Source: Octopus vulgaris
Lineage: Eukaryota
Length of the DNA: 64,000 bases
Direction of reading: 5' to 3'
Assembly: GCA_951406725.2 (NCBI GenBank)
Contig: OX597828.1
Span: 1,116,001 to 1,180,000 of the forward strand
In this document: positions 26,327 to 39,637 of the stretch, one piece after another
Layout of the letters: every line of letters begins with the position of its first letter
Numbering within the stretch: the stretch's first letter is position 1
The notes under the pieces: model-generated
Databases searched by the model: none
What the model was told of the DNA's origin: nothing
Seen by the model: the letters and a program-made list of their open reading frames with translations, nothing else
Position numbers and translations under genes: made by a program

Positions 26327-28846
26327 AATTATAGCCACCTTAAATGTACCTAGTCACATGCAAACATGAAAAGCATGTACCAATATTCACATATCAATGA
26401 TATAATTTACAATATACGGTATTCACAATATACAATATTCACAGTAATAGTTTGGCACCTCCTACTAATATCTTCATAGATACGTGAGAATATCTATCAA
26501 TAAGAACATGTTAGGCCATACATTTGCATATTGTCCACCTGACTGATGATGTGCCAATAAAGATAGTCTACATCAGGTGTGAAGAGCCTTTTTTCTGTAC
26601 TAGTGATAAATGCAAGTGCATAAGAGTCATTTAGCATTCGTTCTGTGTTGAGTTTATAACTGTGCAACTTATATTAAATTATTATTTTGGTATTAAGGTT
26701 AAAGTCTTTTTGTTTGTTCATATGGATTGTTTGAAACTTTGTCAAGGAGTTGTTTCAAATTTGAAAATGGGTAAAATTTTGCATGCGAACAAAGATACTT
26801 TTATTCCTGCTCTACACGGTCATTGGCTTACAAGAAATAACATTCAAATCCCTCTGAAAAAATCTTTCAAAAAGGGTGCAGTCATATTAGATAATGTAGT
26901 CCTATTCCTATGACAGTATGATCACTGCTGGACTGCTTTGCCTCATAGGTCTGCTCAAATGCTGACCAACGGCTAAACAACCAACAAAGTTCTCAGAAGG
27001 TCCTCTGAAATAACTTTTTCTCTTTCTTTTTTTTTTTGTCACTCTCTACACCTACAGAATGCACGTTACCTAATCCTTTATGCTCCCAAAAACACACATC
27101 TACAACTTGTTTCTCTCATCCACTGACCTTCAACAGTTCAAACTATAACTTCGCCAGCTCGCCTCCACCTCGCTTCTAGGAGAGCCTTTAAAGATTGTAA
27201 GTTCTGTCTATATCAGAGCAAATACTTACGAGTGTACGTAAATCGGCATGTTTAAAGACGAGGTTGTATGTCTAACACTAGATCTCTATATGCCAGCGTA
27301 TGAGAGATTTCGAACTATTTACGTCAAGAGGTATGTGGGACATTATCTAATATGACCTTCTCGTCCTTTTTCAAGACTGTAGTTATGCAATTTGAGGAGA
27401 ATATGGAAGTTATTTCTAGCATGTCAATGACAATGTGCAGCAGAATTAAGAGACTTTTTGCTCAAATACAAAATTTAGGCATCACAAAACCAGCGTAAGT
27501 GTTTTAAAGACTTTTACTGCAAACTATTTCAAACCAGAATGCAGCAGACTAACTCATCGCAACTAGTTATTTTGGTGCACACCCACATACACATTTAACA
27601 AATATAACGTTTCAAATTTAATAAGAGTGAAGTGGTAAGACACATTTTCCATGAGAGGCAACTTAAGTGAAATACATGTTCATTTACCCATGTGAATGGT
27701 TTTGGGAGTTAAAACGAGAGGTGATACAGAATATACAATCTACGAAATATAAAATATGGACACAAAAGAAAATACGCAAAAGAATTATTATAGGAGAGTA
27801 GGAAGAGATAGAAAGAAAGCAAGGCGGAGTAAGAGAAACAAACACCTGACCTTCCCTCCTGATGCATGTGTCGGTATTTACCTTAATAGCTTTTGCTATA
27901 ATAACGAGTTGTTTTGTGTCTATATATGTTGAATATCTTGTATTGCAGTGTGTACGTCATTTTCCCTAATACAGGGTCAAGATAGATTAATTATAAAAAG
28001 ATATTTTTGTTATATACACTTGTTTGTGTGTCTTGCAACTATTTGCAGAATTCAAGACAAAATTCTTATTTAAAGAATAAGTTGAAAAGAAAGTACTTTA
28101 TTAGGCGATCTTACGAAAGATCGCCCTTTATTATGATCTAAGTAATAAAGTCGCTTAAAAATCACACAACATATATTTAATTCGACCATTTGTTGGAGTA
28201 GGTGTGAACTGAAGTAGTTTCGGAAGTATAGTGAGGGAGACAGCAAGATAATATAACTTGTTAGGCTACAGACACAGGTTCAACAACACAAACAAATCGG
28301 GACCGAAGTTGATAAGAGAGAAATCTTACCTGAATTTCAAAAGCAACAAACCTTGTCAAGATCCCATGTAACTTGTAATATTTATGAGATACTGGAAATC
28401 AAAACAGAAACAAAACTGTTGGTGTCGACTTACATCTCTTCCTGATGTTATTGTTTTGTTCTTTGCATTTATCAGCTTGTAATTGTTGTGGGTGACACTG
28501 TTGGCATTTACATACATAAATAAAGGCTTTGAAACTGTGTGCATGCAATGTATAACCCTCTCCAAGCAGACTGAGATGCAATTGCCGCGTCTTCCTGACT
28601 TTCATTTACTTTTTTCCCCTCTGGTTGTCTTCTCCTTGTTCACTTCAATACACTTCACCGTCTCGCTCTTCTTCCCTTCTTTCCTCTTTCCTTTAGTCAC
28701 TTCTTTTTCAATTATTTTTACTTTCATTACCTCTGTATTTATTCCTTCCTTCTCTTTTCTATATTCTGCATTTTCTCTATCAGTGTCTTCATTCCTTCCT
28801 ACTTCTCATTCTCTTCACACTACATCTGCCACCTCCTCCTTCGTGT

Positions 28847-28894
<48 letters not shown>

Positions 28895-28900
<6 letters not shown>

Positions 28901-29243
28901 AGAAGGTTATTTGCCAACATAATGTGGCTGTCCTGGAAGGGACGATTGTTACTGTTGTTTAGCCCCAGGAAACATCATTTCCAGCTGACTATACGACACA
29001 ATATCGGTGTCCTTATAATTTCGAACAAGGAGTTCAGCACCTCCATCCAGCACAAAGCAGCATCTGTGGACCGGTTTCTGGATTATTAGTCTTTATCAAC
29101 ACTGAGTAGCTGTTCGAAAGTATAAGGACACAGAGATTGTGTCGAATAGTCAGCTGGAAACGATGTTTCCCGGGGCTAAACAATCGTAACAATCGTCCCT
29201 TCCAGGACAGCCACATTATGTTGGCAAATAGCCTTCTACTTTA
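28895..29243. repeat. Fold-back inverted repeat (~133-bp arms, 83-nt spacer) between (TA)n tracts
   Basis: 28895-29027 is the reverse complement of 29111-29243 with a few mismatches. Confidence 0.93.
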
Positions 29244-29319
29244 AAGAACATCTCTCTTTGAGAGATTTAGAAATAATAATGTTTCTATGTTATAAATAAA
29301 TAAATATAAATACACATAC

Positions 29320-29368
<49 letters not shown>

Positions 29369-29437
29369 GGAGTAAACACATAAATGTGAAACAAGGTGGA
29401 AAAAAGAGTACTCTAATACCAGTGGTAGAGTAATATG

Positions 29438-29590
29438 CTTTATTTAAAGCAGCAGAAAATTCAACAAAATCTGTTACTCTGAGTTTCTCGTTGCCGTTCA
29501 TCAGACAGTTTTTGCAAAAACTGTCTGATGAACGGCAACGAGAAACTCAGAGTAACAGATTTTGTTGAATTTTCTGCTGCTTTAAATAAA

Positions 29591-29591
<1 letters not shown>
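29438..29591. repeat. Perfect 154-bp spacerless palindrome, probably a Penelope-like pLTR inversion
   Basis: Centre at 29514/29515; each arm holds a hammerhead core; left arm extends to ~29365; flanked by (TA)n. Confidence 0.9.
29521..29558 (+). ncRNA. Minimal type I hammerhead ribozyme motif (mirror copy on the minus strand at 29471-29508)
   Basis: CUGU-CUGAUGA-aCG GCAA CGa-GAAAC UCAGA GUA-ACAG. Stem I is CUGU/ACAG, stem II has a GCAA loop, and the cleavage triplet is GUA. Confidence 0.75.
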
Positions 29592-29662
<71 letters not shown>

Positions 29663-29894
29663 TTCACGGAAAACAAAAAATGTAAGCATCTGTAAATTCT
29701 GTGCTGGTGTCATGAGAAATGTTTCTATTTTGTGACACAAAATATAGAAAGTAATGTAACACCAATGACTATATAATCCAACCAAAATATCTCAGTTACA
29801 CAAACGTAAACAGAATTAATATTTAACCTTAAAATACATCATACATATTCAAAGAACCTCCTTGGTTTTGTGGTAAGGAACGTTTTTTCTGGTA

Positions 29895-30890
29895 TTCTTT
29901 TATTCTTTTACTTGTTTCAGTTATTTGACGGTGGCCATGCTGGAACACCACACTTTAGTCGAAGAAATCGCCCCCTGGACTTATGCCCTGTTGTCCTGGT
30001 GCTTATTTCTATCAGTCTCTTCTGCTGAACAGCTAAATTACAGGGATCTTTTCTTTTTGAACGGCACTTTTCAACACGATTTCTAGTTAACTAAACACTT
30101 TTAAACTTCGTATGCTGGTAGAATGTGTTTATAAAACATCATTTTTTCTTGGCTTTATTGAGAAAATTCTATATGCTGTAACATATTTCGTCTTTAATTT
30201 CGAGCATTTCGGCAATTTTAACCAATCGCTGGAGTCCATTTAAGTAAATAACATTCTGTGCATAATGAATATGTCCCTCCTTTAAGAAACAAATTGGGTT
30301 TATTTACATTTGTGAAGAAAAAAGATACCCTTCCCCCACCCCTAACTCTAACCCTAAATCTAAAATAGATTGAAATGCAATATATCGATACTAGGGCCAT
30401 AATTATGGGTGACAATTTCATACAGAAAAATGGGATTTTTTTCTAGCGGTGTCAAATGAAAATGTCACCCATAATTATGGCCCTAGTATCGATCTATTGC
30501 ATTTCAATCTATTTTAGATTTAGGGTTAGGGGGAAGGGTATCATTTTTTTCTTCACAAATGTAAATAAACCCAATCTGTTTCTTAAAGGAGGGACATATT
30601 CATTATGCACAGAATGTTTTTTACCTCAATGGACTCCAGCGATTGGTTAAAATTGCCGAAATGCTCGAAATTAAAGACGAAATATGTTATAACCTATAGA
30701 ATTTTCTCAATAAAGCCAAGAAAAAATGATGTTTTATAAACACATTCTACCAGTATACGAAGTTTAAAAGTGTTTAGTTAACTAGAAATTGTGTTGAAAA
30801 GTGCCGTTCAAAAGGAAAAGATTTCAATTACAGGGACGCAAATGCACCAAAATCGGTTGTCAAGCAATGGGGTGGGACAAACACAAACAT
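29895..30890 (-). mobile_element. SINE split by a fold-back transposon
   Basis: TACTTGTTTCAGT...GGCCATGCTGGAACACC...CTAAATTACAGGG, resuming AATTACAGGGACGCAAATGCACC after 30825. Confidence 0.75.
30043..30825. mobile_element. Non-autonomous fold-back DNA transposon (MITE) with ~375-bp TIRs
   Basis: 30043-30422 mirrors 30457-30825; AATTACA(GGG) is duplicated at the junctions (7-10 bp TSD, exact boundary ambiguous). Confidence 0.9.
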
Positions 30891-30903
30891 GCACGCACAC
30901 ATA

Positions 30904-30937
<34 letters not shown>

Positions 30938-32329
30938 CAACTTTTCTCCCCCACCCATTTTGTAGGGAGTATTACCCATTATTCTGGGCTCTTTTCACAG
31001 CTATATCCCATTCGAAATTTGCATTAGTTTTTGTACGAATTTTACAAGCAGACTACCGTTGTTCAGATAAACAGTAACCTCATTGCCGTAAGCGATGGAG
31101 TGTCATTTTTTAAAAAGAGTGAAAGAAAAGGAAATGTTTCGTATGGTAAGGCAAATATATCATGTGTTTAGTATAAGCAATGGAAGCTAAGACGAATTAA
31201 TAGCTATTCTGTCATGTCGTGACTTCGACCTGGACTCATACTCAGTTTGATAACAATAGCCTGCACATTGGTGCTTATCTGGGGGCTTGGCCTCCAAATC
31301 TGTGAGACTTGCAAATACCACTGTTAGGACAGTGACTCTAAAAACTAAAACGATTTTCCTGCCCCTATACATGATCCTTTTTTCATTTTCTTCCAACCAC
31401 TTGAAGGCTTATCTTGCTCCAGTCCACTCAGCTGCCAAAATGAATTGTACTTGTAATTAAAACTTTACTTTGGTGGTACCATATTGTTCCTGGGTCTATG
31501 AGTATGACATTTTCTCTTCTTGTCATTCGCACAACCTGTCAGGTAATTAGGACAACGGCTTTTTATAAGTAAAGGTGAGTCTCGAGGCTATAAAAAGTGA
31601 AATATGTGATACACAGGTAACCATTGGAAATATTTGTCTATTAACTCCCTAGATGTGATTGAAATGAAGGAAATATACCTCTTTACCATACCCATGGTGA
31701 ATTTTTCATCTTCCATTATGCAAAATTCGAAAATCTCACCAATTTGTCAGAAAAAAAACAACTTTTTTATGTTTTTCACAGTATATTGACTTTCATTCCA
31801 ATTTTTTTTGTAATTAATTTAATATTCATTAAGTTATACAAAATAGTTCTAATTACTGGGTATTTCTACTATACCATATGAAATTTGAGTCTGCTATCTT
31901 CAATAATAACGATATTATAAGCAATTTCCTACCCCATCCTCTATAAGGCCAAAATGGATGATTTCGATAAAAATCTTGGTAATGGAGGGTGTCTTAGCAT
32001 TTTTTGGAGCTTTTTGGACTTGTTTTATGTATTTCAATGCGAGGAAGCCAAACAAGAGAAAATGTCATCACATAAACCCAGGAACAATGTGTTACCAATA
32101 AACTAAAGTTGCAGTGGGGGGGGGGGGACCATCTCAATGAATAAGAACATTATTTATTTGGCCTACCGTCTATATGTGCAGTGTTGGTTTGTGTTGACTT
32201 CAACCTGATTTTATGTCATTGTTAAGGTATGTTTTTGTTATTATAAATATGTCAATCATGTCAAGTAGCATGAAATAAGTGGTAAACGAATGTGCAGAAA
32301 ATTGTTTGAAAATGTATGGAAAAAGCAAG

Positions 32330-34992
32330 AAGAGTCCTCCCATGTCATCCTCAGATTGAGGGCCTTTCACACTACAATGATGTTCCTTGCAATCCTGGGA
32401 AAGAGGTTCGGTGATGCAGGACTGTCAGATATGGTCATCAAAGTTAGTATCATTGCTTCTGGTTCAATTCTTGCAGTTCTTGAGGGTCAGCAATACAATC
32501 ACGCCATACGAACATGGAAGCTATGTAGCATCTGAGAATCAAAGCCTTTTATGAATGGGCACAGAAGAACCATACTCATTTACTCCAACCCACTTGGGCA
32601 GCAATGGATAATGTCAGCAGTGAGATCACTTCAGATAATTTCAATAACATGTTGGCACCAGAGTTCACACGTCTCTTGGAATTATTTGATGAGTTCTGCA
32701 AGTTGGACCAAGGTAAACTGGCAGCCTTTTGGGACTCTTACATTGACCTGGTCTACCTATTGCTTCTATTCACATGTGCTACTAGAGAGGGAAACTGGAT
32801 TTTGCATCTTGCTTCTGTGCGTGAGATGCTACCTTGGATGTTTGCATACAACAGAACAAACTATGCCCGTTACCTCTCTGTGTACTGGTGTGAGATGAAG
32901 ACCCTGCTTCAGACACATCCTGAAAGCAATACTCTTCCCCTGGAAGAGCATTTTACAGTTCAACGATATTCCAAGAGTGCATTTTGCCAAGTTGCTGTTG
33001 ACCAGACCATTGAGCAAACTTTGAATCGTGACTCCAAAACAAGTGGTGGTGTAGTAGGTATCAGCCTCAACCAAGGGGAGGGGCAGCGTTGGGTTCTGAT
33101 AGCACATGACGGGACAAGAATACTTCAAATCTGCAGGAAGACGGCTGGTATGTATGATGCCCAGAACCAACACCACAAAGAAACTAGTTCTCCTCTCCTA
33201 AAGAAAGATGAAGGTGATATTAAAAAAGTCATGGACACGATAGAAAGTTGGGTGAGCCCATTTGAGACAAAGAACACAACTGATTCTCTCATCAACATTG
33301 CATCAGGAGTAAAAGCCACTGATGATATAACAGAGGATATTTTGTCTGCAGAAGAGAAGGGAGCTAATGCCTTCTCATCTTTTGTACATGAGAGGCTGTG
33401 TAGCAGTCAGACAGACCTTTATTCCTCATTAGCAAAGACTGCACTCAAAACATTTAGGAACCCAGTGAAAACAAAGAAAACTAAAGGTACCATCACAGAT
33501 GTTGTAATCAAGGCTGATAGTGGACTCTTTGCAAAGATGGTGGTCATTGCTCAACACAGACAAATGAACATGAAAGAAGTTTTGCAGTATCCACTAGGTC
33601 CTCAGTCATGGTCCCTTGCAACTCCTGATGGTGCACCTGCAAAGACTACCAAGGCATCCCTTTTACATTCATTAGAAGAGCTAGCTAAACCAGCAGAAAA
33701 TATCCCTACAACAGCAGTATGGATCTTTGATGGAATGGCTTTGCTGCAATCCATAAAGACAGTCCCCAAGATATTCAGAGATCTTGCTACTTGTGTTCTT
33801 TATGTTCTTGAAGTGCTGAAGTCAACAAGCAATAACCCTGCCAGAATAGACCTAGTTATGGACCAGTATCCTGAGCTATCTATCAAGAACCCAGAGCAAG
33901 CAAAGCATGGAACATCAGGTGTCTTGAAAAGGAAGATCCTTGGCAGGCATCAGAAGTGCCCGACATAGTGGAAGAAGTTTCTTAGTGATGGTGGGAATAA
34001 GACCAAACTTGCAAAGTTTCTGGTGAAAGAGTTACAGCAGCCAGAATATGCTTCCAGGTTTAAAGGGTTTGGACCACTGTACATCACCCATGGGGATGAG
34101 TGCCACATGCTTGTTGAGAATTATGATTGTGTAAAATGCAGTAGATCAACTGTGCACATCAAAGGAAGAAGCTGACACCTGCATTCTGCTACATGCAGGC
34201 CATGCAGCATTAGAGGGGAATGCATGCATCATGATTAAGTCACCTGATACAGATGTTGCTGTGTTGACCTGTGCTTATAGCCATCAAATCAATGCAAGAC
34301 TACTATTCTGCACTGGCCCCACACAGAGACAAAGGTACCTTGATGCCACAGCTATTGGCCTGAAACTAAGAAAAGATGTGTGTGAAGCAGTGCCAGGAAT
34401 GCACGCATTCACAGGATCTGGCAGCACTAGTGGATTTGTTGGTAAGGGAAAGAGGCAGGCATTCAAAATGGTGGTGTCTGATGTAGAAATGTGCAATGCG
34501 ATGAGAATGATTGGCTCATCGTTTCATATAGATGATGAAAAGCTGCAAGCAAGTTTGTTTGTTTGTTCTCTCTCTGAGTACAGTCGCAATGATACCGACC
34601 TTGTCCACTACAAACTATTCTGCAACAAGAATGCCCAAATATGTCATCTTCAAGATGCACTCAAGTACTATGTGAAGCAGGCAAATTACCAAGCATGCAT
34701 CTGGCGATCAGCACTAGATGCATCTGAAACCACACCAAGTTCAGATGTCCATGGCTGGGACCTCAAAGATGACACATTGGCTATCCACTGGATGGACAAA
34801 CCACCAGCACCAAAAGCACTCCTGTTATTGATATCTTGTAAATGCAGTATTAGCCAGTGTAACGGTAGTCAGTGCTCATGCCTTGTGAATGGTTTGTCGT
34901 GCACTGATGCCAGTCAATGCAAGTCATGCACAAATACCACAAATATTGATCAAACAGAATCCAGTGATGAGGATGAGGATGAGGATTATTAA
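32330..34992 (+). pseudogene. Disrupted Academ-type transposase with XPG/FEN1-like nuclease and C-terminal Cys-rich (CXC/Cys8) finger
   Basis: LR.FHTTM.FLAILGKRF.DAGL, REGNWILHL, NYARY, DQTIEQTLNRD.K..GG, DGMALLQ, EEADT, SPDTDV, HAFTG...SGFVGKGK, CKC..C..CSC..NGLSCTD..C..C.N. Stop at 33966, frameshifts, N-terminus missing. Confidence 0.82.
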
Positions 34993-35386
34993 TGAATAAT
35001 GATAACTGTTTTTTCCCACATATTTGCTCATTCTATGAAGTGTATTATTGGCTGTGGTAAGACTTGCACTGGTGGTGAGTGAAATTGCTTGACTTTTGGG
35101 GGTTATGTTATGTTTTTCGATATGATTACTCCTTACTTAGGAAAGGAAATTACTTATAATATCATTATTATTGAAGATAGCAGATTCAAATTTCATACGG
35201 AATAGTAGAAACACACAGTAAATACAACTATTTTGTTTAACTTAATGAATATTAAATTCATTAAAAAAAAAAAGGAATGAAAGTCAATATACTGTGAAAA
35301 AAACAAAAAAATGGGCGATTTTTCAGACAAATTGGTGAGATTTTCCAATTTTGGGCAATGGAAGATGAAAAATTCACCATGGTATA

Positions 35387-36682
35387 CAGGGTGTCCACAA
35401 AGTTTCTTTACAATTTCAAAAATTTATTACAAAGGCAATTGATGGTTTATATTTGTCAGATTTGTCCTATGTACTCAGTGGTTATTAAAGTTTTTAACCA
35501 CATTGAATTTGTATTTTTCAGGTACTCTGTTGATGGAAAAGGTTCTGTTAAATGAAACAATGGCTACTCCTCAAGAAAAAGTGCAACATGTATCTTGGTT
35601 TATTGAAACAAAATCGGACATGCAGACCCAGTGAAAGTACAGGATCAAGTATAGAAGACATCTACCATGACATCCATCAATTTGTGCAAGCACAAGAAAT
35701 TTATGGAAACAGGAACAGTGTTGGATAAAAGGAGGAGTGGACAACCAAAATTATCTGAGGAAAACATCGATAGTATAAGACAAGCTTTTGCTAGTTCTCC
35801 TACAAAGTCCATATCTAATGCCGCCAGACAGTTACAGCTATCACATTCAATAGTGCACAAAGTCCTACACAAGAACTTGTGATTATATATGTACAAAGTG
35901 CAACTCTTACAGGCAATTGAACTAAATGATAAACCAAGGCAAAAGAGTTTGCAATTAACATGCTGGAACAAATTTCTGAGAATGCAGCATTCCTCACCTG
36001 AGTTTGTTTTAATGATTAGGCAACCTTTCATGTTTCAGGAAACTGAACCCACATATTGTGAGAATCTAGGAATCAGAACAAGCCCATGTAACTAGGGAAC
36101 CTCACCGAGATAGTCCAAAGGTGAATGATATGCACTTGAATCAGTGGTCCATTTTCTTCACAGGGAGATCAATTTCTGAAAATATTTACCTTGATCTTTT
36201 AACTGAATATATGGCACCACAACTGGATGACCGTCAACTAACCATCATTTTCCAGCAGGATGGTGCACCACCACATTGGGGACTGCATGTTCTTGGGTTC
36301 CTAAATCAGACATTTCCAGACCGTTGATTTGCAAGGGACAGCCTAATTCCCTGGATATCACTCCTGAACTTTTTCCTATGGGGTTATATTAAAGACATTG
36401 TGTATCAAACAAAGATATGGAACACAAACGACCTGAAGCAAAGGATCACTGATGCCATTGTGACCATTGATAAGACTGTACTACAATGAACATGGCAAGA
36501 AATTGGTTACTGTCTTGATGTACTTTGTGCAACTAATGGTACCCATATAGAGATGTATTGAATAAGGCAAAAAAAAAATTCAATATCTACACCTTATTTT
36601 GTAATAATTTCCACAGATTTATCTATTTATTTGCTTTTGTAAGAAATGTTTGAAATTGTAATGGGACTTTATGGACACCCTG
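35387..36682 (+). mobile_element. Tc1/mariner-superfamily transposon nested in the Academ right inverted repeat
   Basis: TIRs CAGGGTGTCCACAAAGT / ACTTTATGGACACCCTG with TA TSD; decayed transposase (KFMETGTVLDKRRSG, FQQDGAPPHW, FFLWGYIK). Confidence 0.92.
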
Positions 36683-38449
36683 TATTTCCTTCATTTCAGT
36701 GACATCTAGGGCGTTAACAGATAAATATTTTCCAATGGTTACCTGTGTATCACATATTTCCACTTTTTATAGTCTCGAGACTCACCTTTACTTATAAAAA
36801 GCTGTTGTTCTAATTACCTGACAGGTTGTGCAAATGACAAGTGAAAATGTCATACTCATAGATCCAGGAACAATGTGGTACCATCAAAGTAAAGTTGCAG
36901 GGGGAGGGGTGCAACCAATTCAATAAATAAGGCCCTTTTGGGATTTGGCCCACCGACTAGGGCCAGTCTTGTCATATTCTGTGTTAAGCTGAATCTCCCT
37001 GAGAATTACATTAATGGAATGTGTGTCTGTGGAGTATTCAGCCACTTGCAAGTTAATTTTATCCTTGTGTAGTAATGAAAAGGGAAAGTGACATCCAATA
37101 TTTGCTGTAGTTATTTGTCTTTGCTTTAACAATGTGTCTGTCTATGTATCAACTTTTCTTTTGATATATGTATCTACTTGTATCTTTCCTTTCGATCTAT
37201 GTAGCTACTTTTCTTTTGATGTATGCATCAGTCTACTCTGAAAATACTGATAAACATTTTACTTCTCCTTTCAACTGCAGAAAAGTAACAGTAACATCCA
37301 CAGCTACTTGCTGAGAGAGAGATAGACAGAGGAGAGAGAGGCAGACAGAATAACTGTCAGACAGACAGATAGATAGGCAACATTTCTTTTTGCAATTTCC
37401 ATATTTTCAACACCTTTATCATATATTGTTGAAAATGTAAAGTTTTCCAGCATTTTCTGTATGAGAATGGTTCCTTCTCTCACTATTATTCTCTATCCAC
37501 TTCCTTCCTCCACTCAATCTATCTCACTAAATCTCTCTCTTTTCCACCCTCCCTCTTCTATGTCTCCTTGCTTCTAACTGTTCTCCTGTGTTTAACACAT
37601 TATATTTCTTTTACCTCTCAGCTCTATCAATCTCCCTTCACTCTCTCTTTCTCTTTCTCTCACCCCCTCTTACTTCCTCCTCTTTGCTGCTTTGCCTCTC
37701 ACTTCAACTATAATTCCTCTGCTTCTGTCCCTCCCCTCTCTCCTGCTTTGCCACTAACTTCAAGTATACCTCCTCTGCTTAATACCTTTTATTTCTCTTT
37801 TTCTTTGTACCTCTCCCTTCAACCTTTTTACCTCTTCCTTTGAAGTAAGTGTGACACACCACAGGTATGTACAAAAACAAAAAAAAATAAGTGTATTAAT
37901 ATTATTGATAATTGTCAATGATATAGATAGATAGAGAGAGAGAGAGAAAAGGAAAGAAAATGGAGAGTTGACAGTTAATTATTTATTAATTGATAATTCT
38001 TACTTCCTACTGCTGTTTCCATTTGTGCTCATTAAATAAATTACAAATTTGTGCTTTAAATTTGCATTTATAAGATATGAGCAAAATATCATCAGGGAAG
38101 AAGATATACATTAAAAGATTACATGTTAACCTCTTAGTTCATACTAGTAGACTAAATATATGGAGTTATTTTGTGCATTTAATGTGAATTTAAAGCATAA
38201 ATTATTTAATGAGTACAAATGGAAATAGCTGTACGAAGTAAGATTTATCAATTCATTAATAAATAATCATTAACTTTCAACTCTGCATTTTCTTTTCTTC
38301 TATTTATTGAAAATAGATTATATGCCTAATATATACCTATTGATTTAGGGAAATTTTATTTCCCAAAAATATTAGGTATAGAATCAGTGTTGTATGTAAT
38401 CATACCTTTAAGAGGTTAATAAATCCTCTAATTAACTTATATATAAGTT

Positions 38450-39350
38450 ATGCTGTGTCCCAGTTACTGCTTGGCCAAGTTGGAGCACCTTTTAATTTCC
38501 TGTGGAAAGGACACATTCCAATGGTCTGTCTACTGCCAGCACCCTGTGAGTGGCGGATTAACCAGGTCTTGTTTTCTGATGTTTTCAGGTTGCACAAAGA
38601 TTTTTGAACTGTGAATGTGTGTGGGTTTCATTTGTGAGGCATGTCTTTAGGCAGCTCATCTTCTTGATGGAGCTGCAGTTCTGGATGAACAAAAGATTGA
38701 GACTGGTTGTTTGGCATCTTGATTGTCATCAGGCACTCACTGTCCTCTACCAGTCAGGCAATGGGATCGGTGGATATTCCACTTTAGCAATATATAGAAG
38801 ATTAGTGGCAATGAAGTGTGACAACATTCTCGGGGAGACCCTGGGCATTGACAAAAATGAACTGGCTAGTCTAATCCAGAGTACTTTCCAGTCAGGGACT
38901 GTCATGGATAATTTCCAAATGTCCTTAGTATGGCAGTGCTACCAAGGGGTGGGGGTATAATGGATTCAAAATAAACTCTACAGGCACAGATATACTGTCA
39001 GACTCCTTTAGTATTTGAGCATTGCTGATTTATGGGGTTATTTCCAACAGCTGCTGTCAAATGTGGGATGGAGCCGTCTATCAGCCAAGTCCATAGTGAT
39101 GATTGCCCTCCTTTAATCAGGTAAGACAGTTTCCCTTTGCATGGTGGCAGTTGCAAAAGAGGTTGTTTGGTGGACGAGGTTGAATGGCATGAGGACAGCG
39201 ATGTTCCTGTTTTGTAGAGCCCTCATCAACTTTTTCAAGTGAAACTTGATAAAAAGTAAGTGAAGGTGGAGAGTTAATTTATTGTAAGGTGGGGGAAAGT
39301 TGTGAAAATGATAAAGGTGAATGGAACAGCTCTAATTGTAATCTTATGAG
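38450..39350 (+). mobile_element. Highly decayed L1/Tx1-like LINE C-terminal remnant
   Basis: FLWKG...P..GGL-like and FQMSLVWQCYQG...KLYRH fragments; many stops. Confidence 0.45.
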
Positions 39351-39637
39351 TTGGAGAAAAGGAACTGGAGAGGACACTTACCTTTGGCGTTCGAGGAGAT
39401 CTTGGACAGTGAAGTTCTTAGATTATCTCAAGAGGTCTTCCTACATCAGGAGAGCCACATCACTGTCATCCTTCTTTTTTCTTTTATTTTTGTATATTAT
39501 GCGTACTTCTCTTCTTTGTTTTTATTGTATACAGTGTATACTTTCAATTTTTTTATCATTTCATCCACACATTATGTCTGTCTTTGTATTGCCTTTCTCA
39601 TCCTTCCCACTGGTGGCAAATAAAAGAAATCATTATT

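Larger units (their letters stand above)
31461..36905 (+). mobile_element. Academ (AcademX-type) DNA transposon with ~470-bp inverted repeats
   Basis: 31461-31930 mirrors 35145-35384 plus 36685-36897; encloses a transposase/XPG-nuclease/Cys-rich ORF. Confidence 0.78.

Noticed and set aside
29111-29243. HDV-like or twister ribozyme in the fold-back arm
   Set aside because: The required P2 pairing next to P3 and the conserved cores could not be formed; kept only as an unnamed structured motif.
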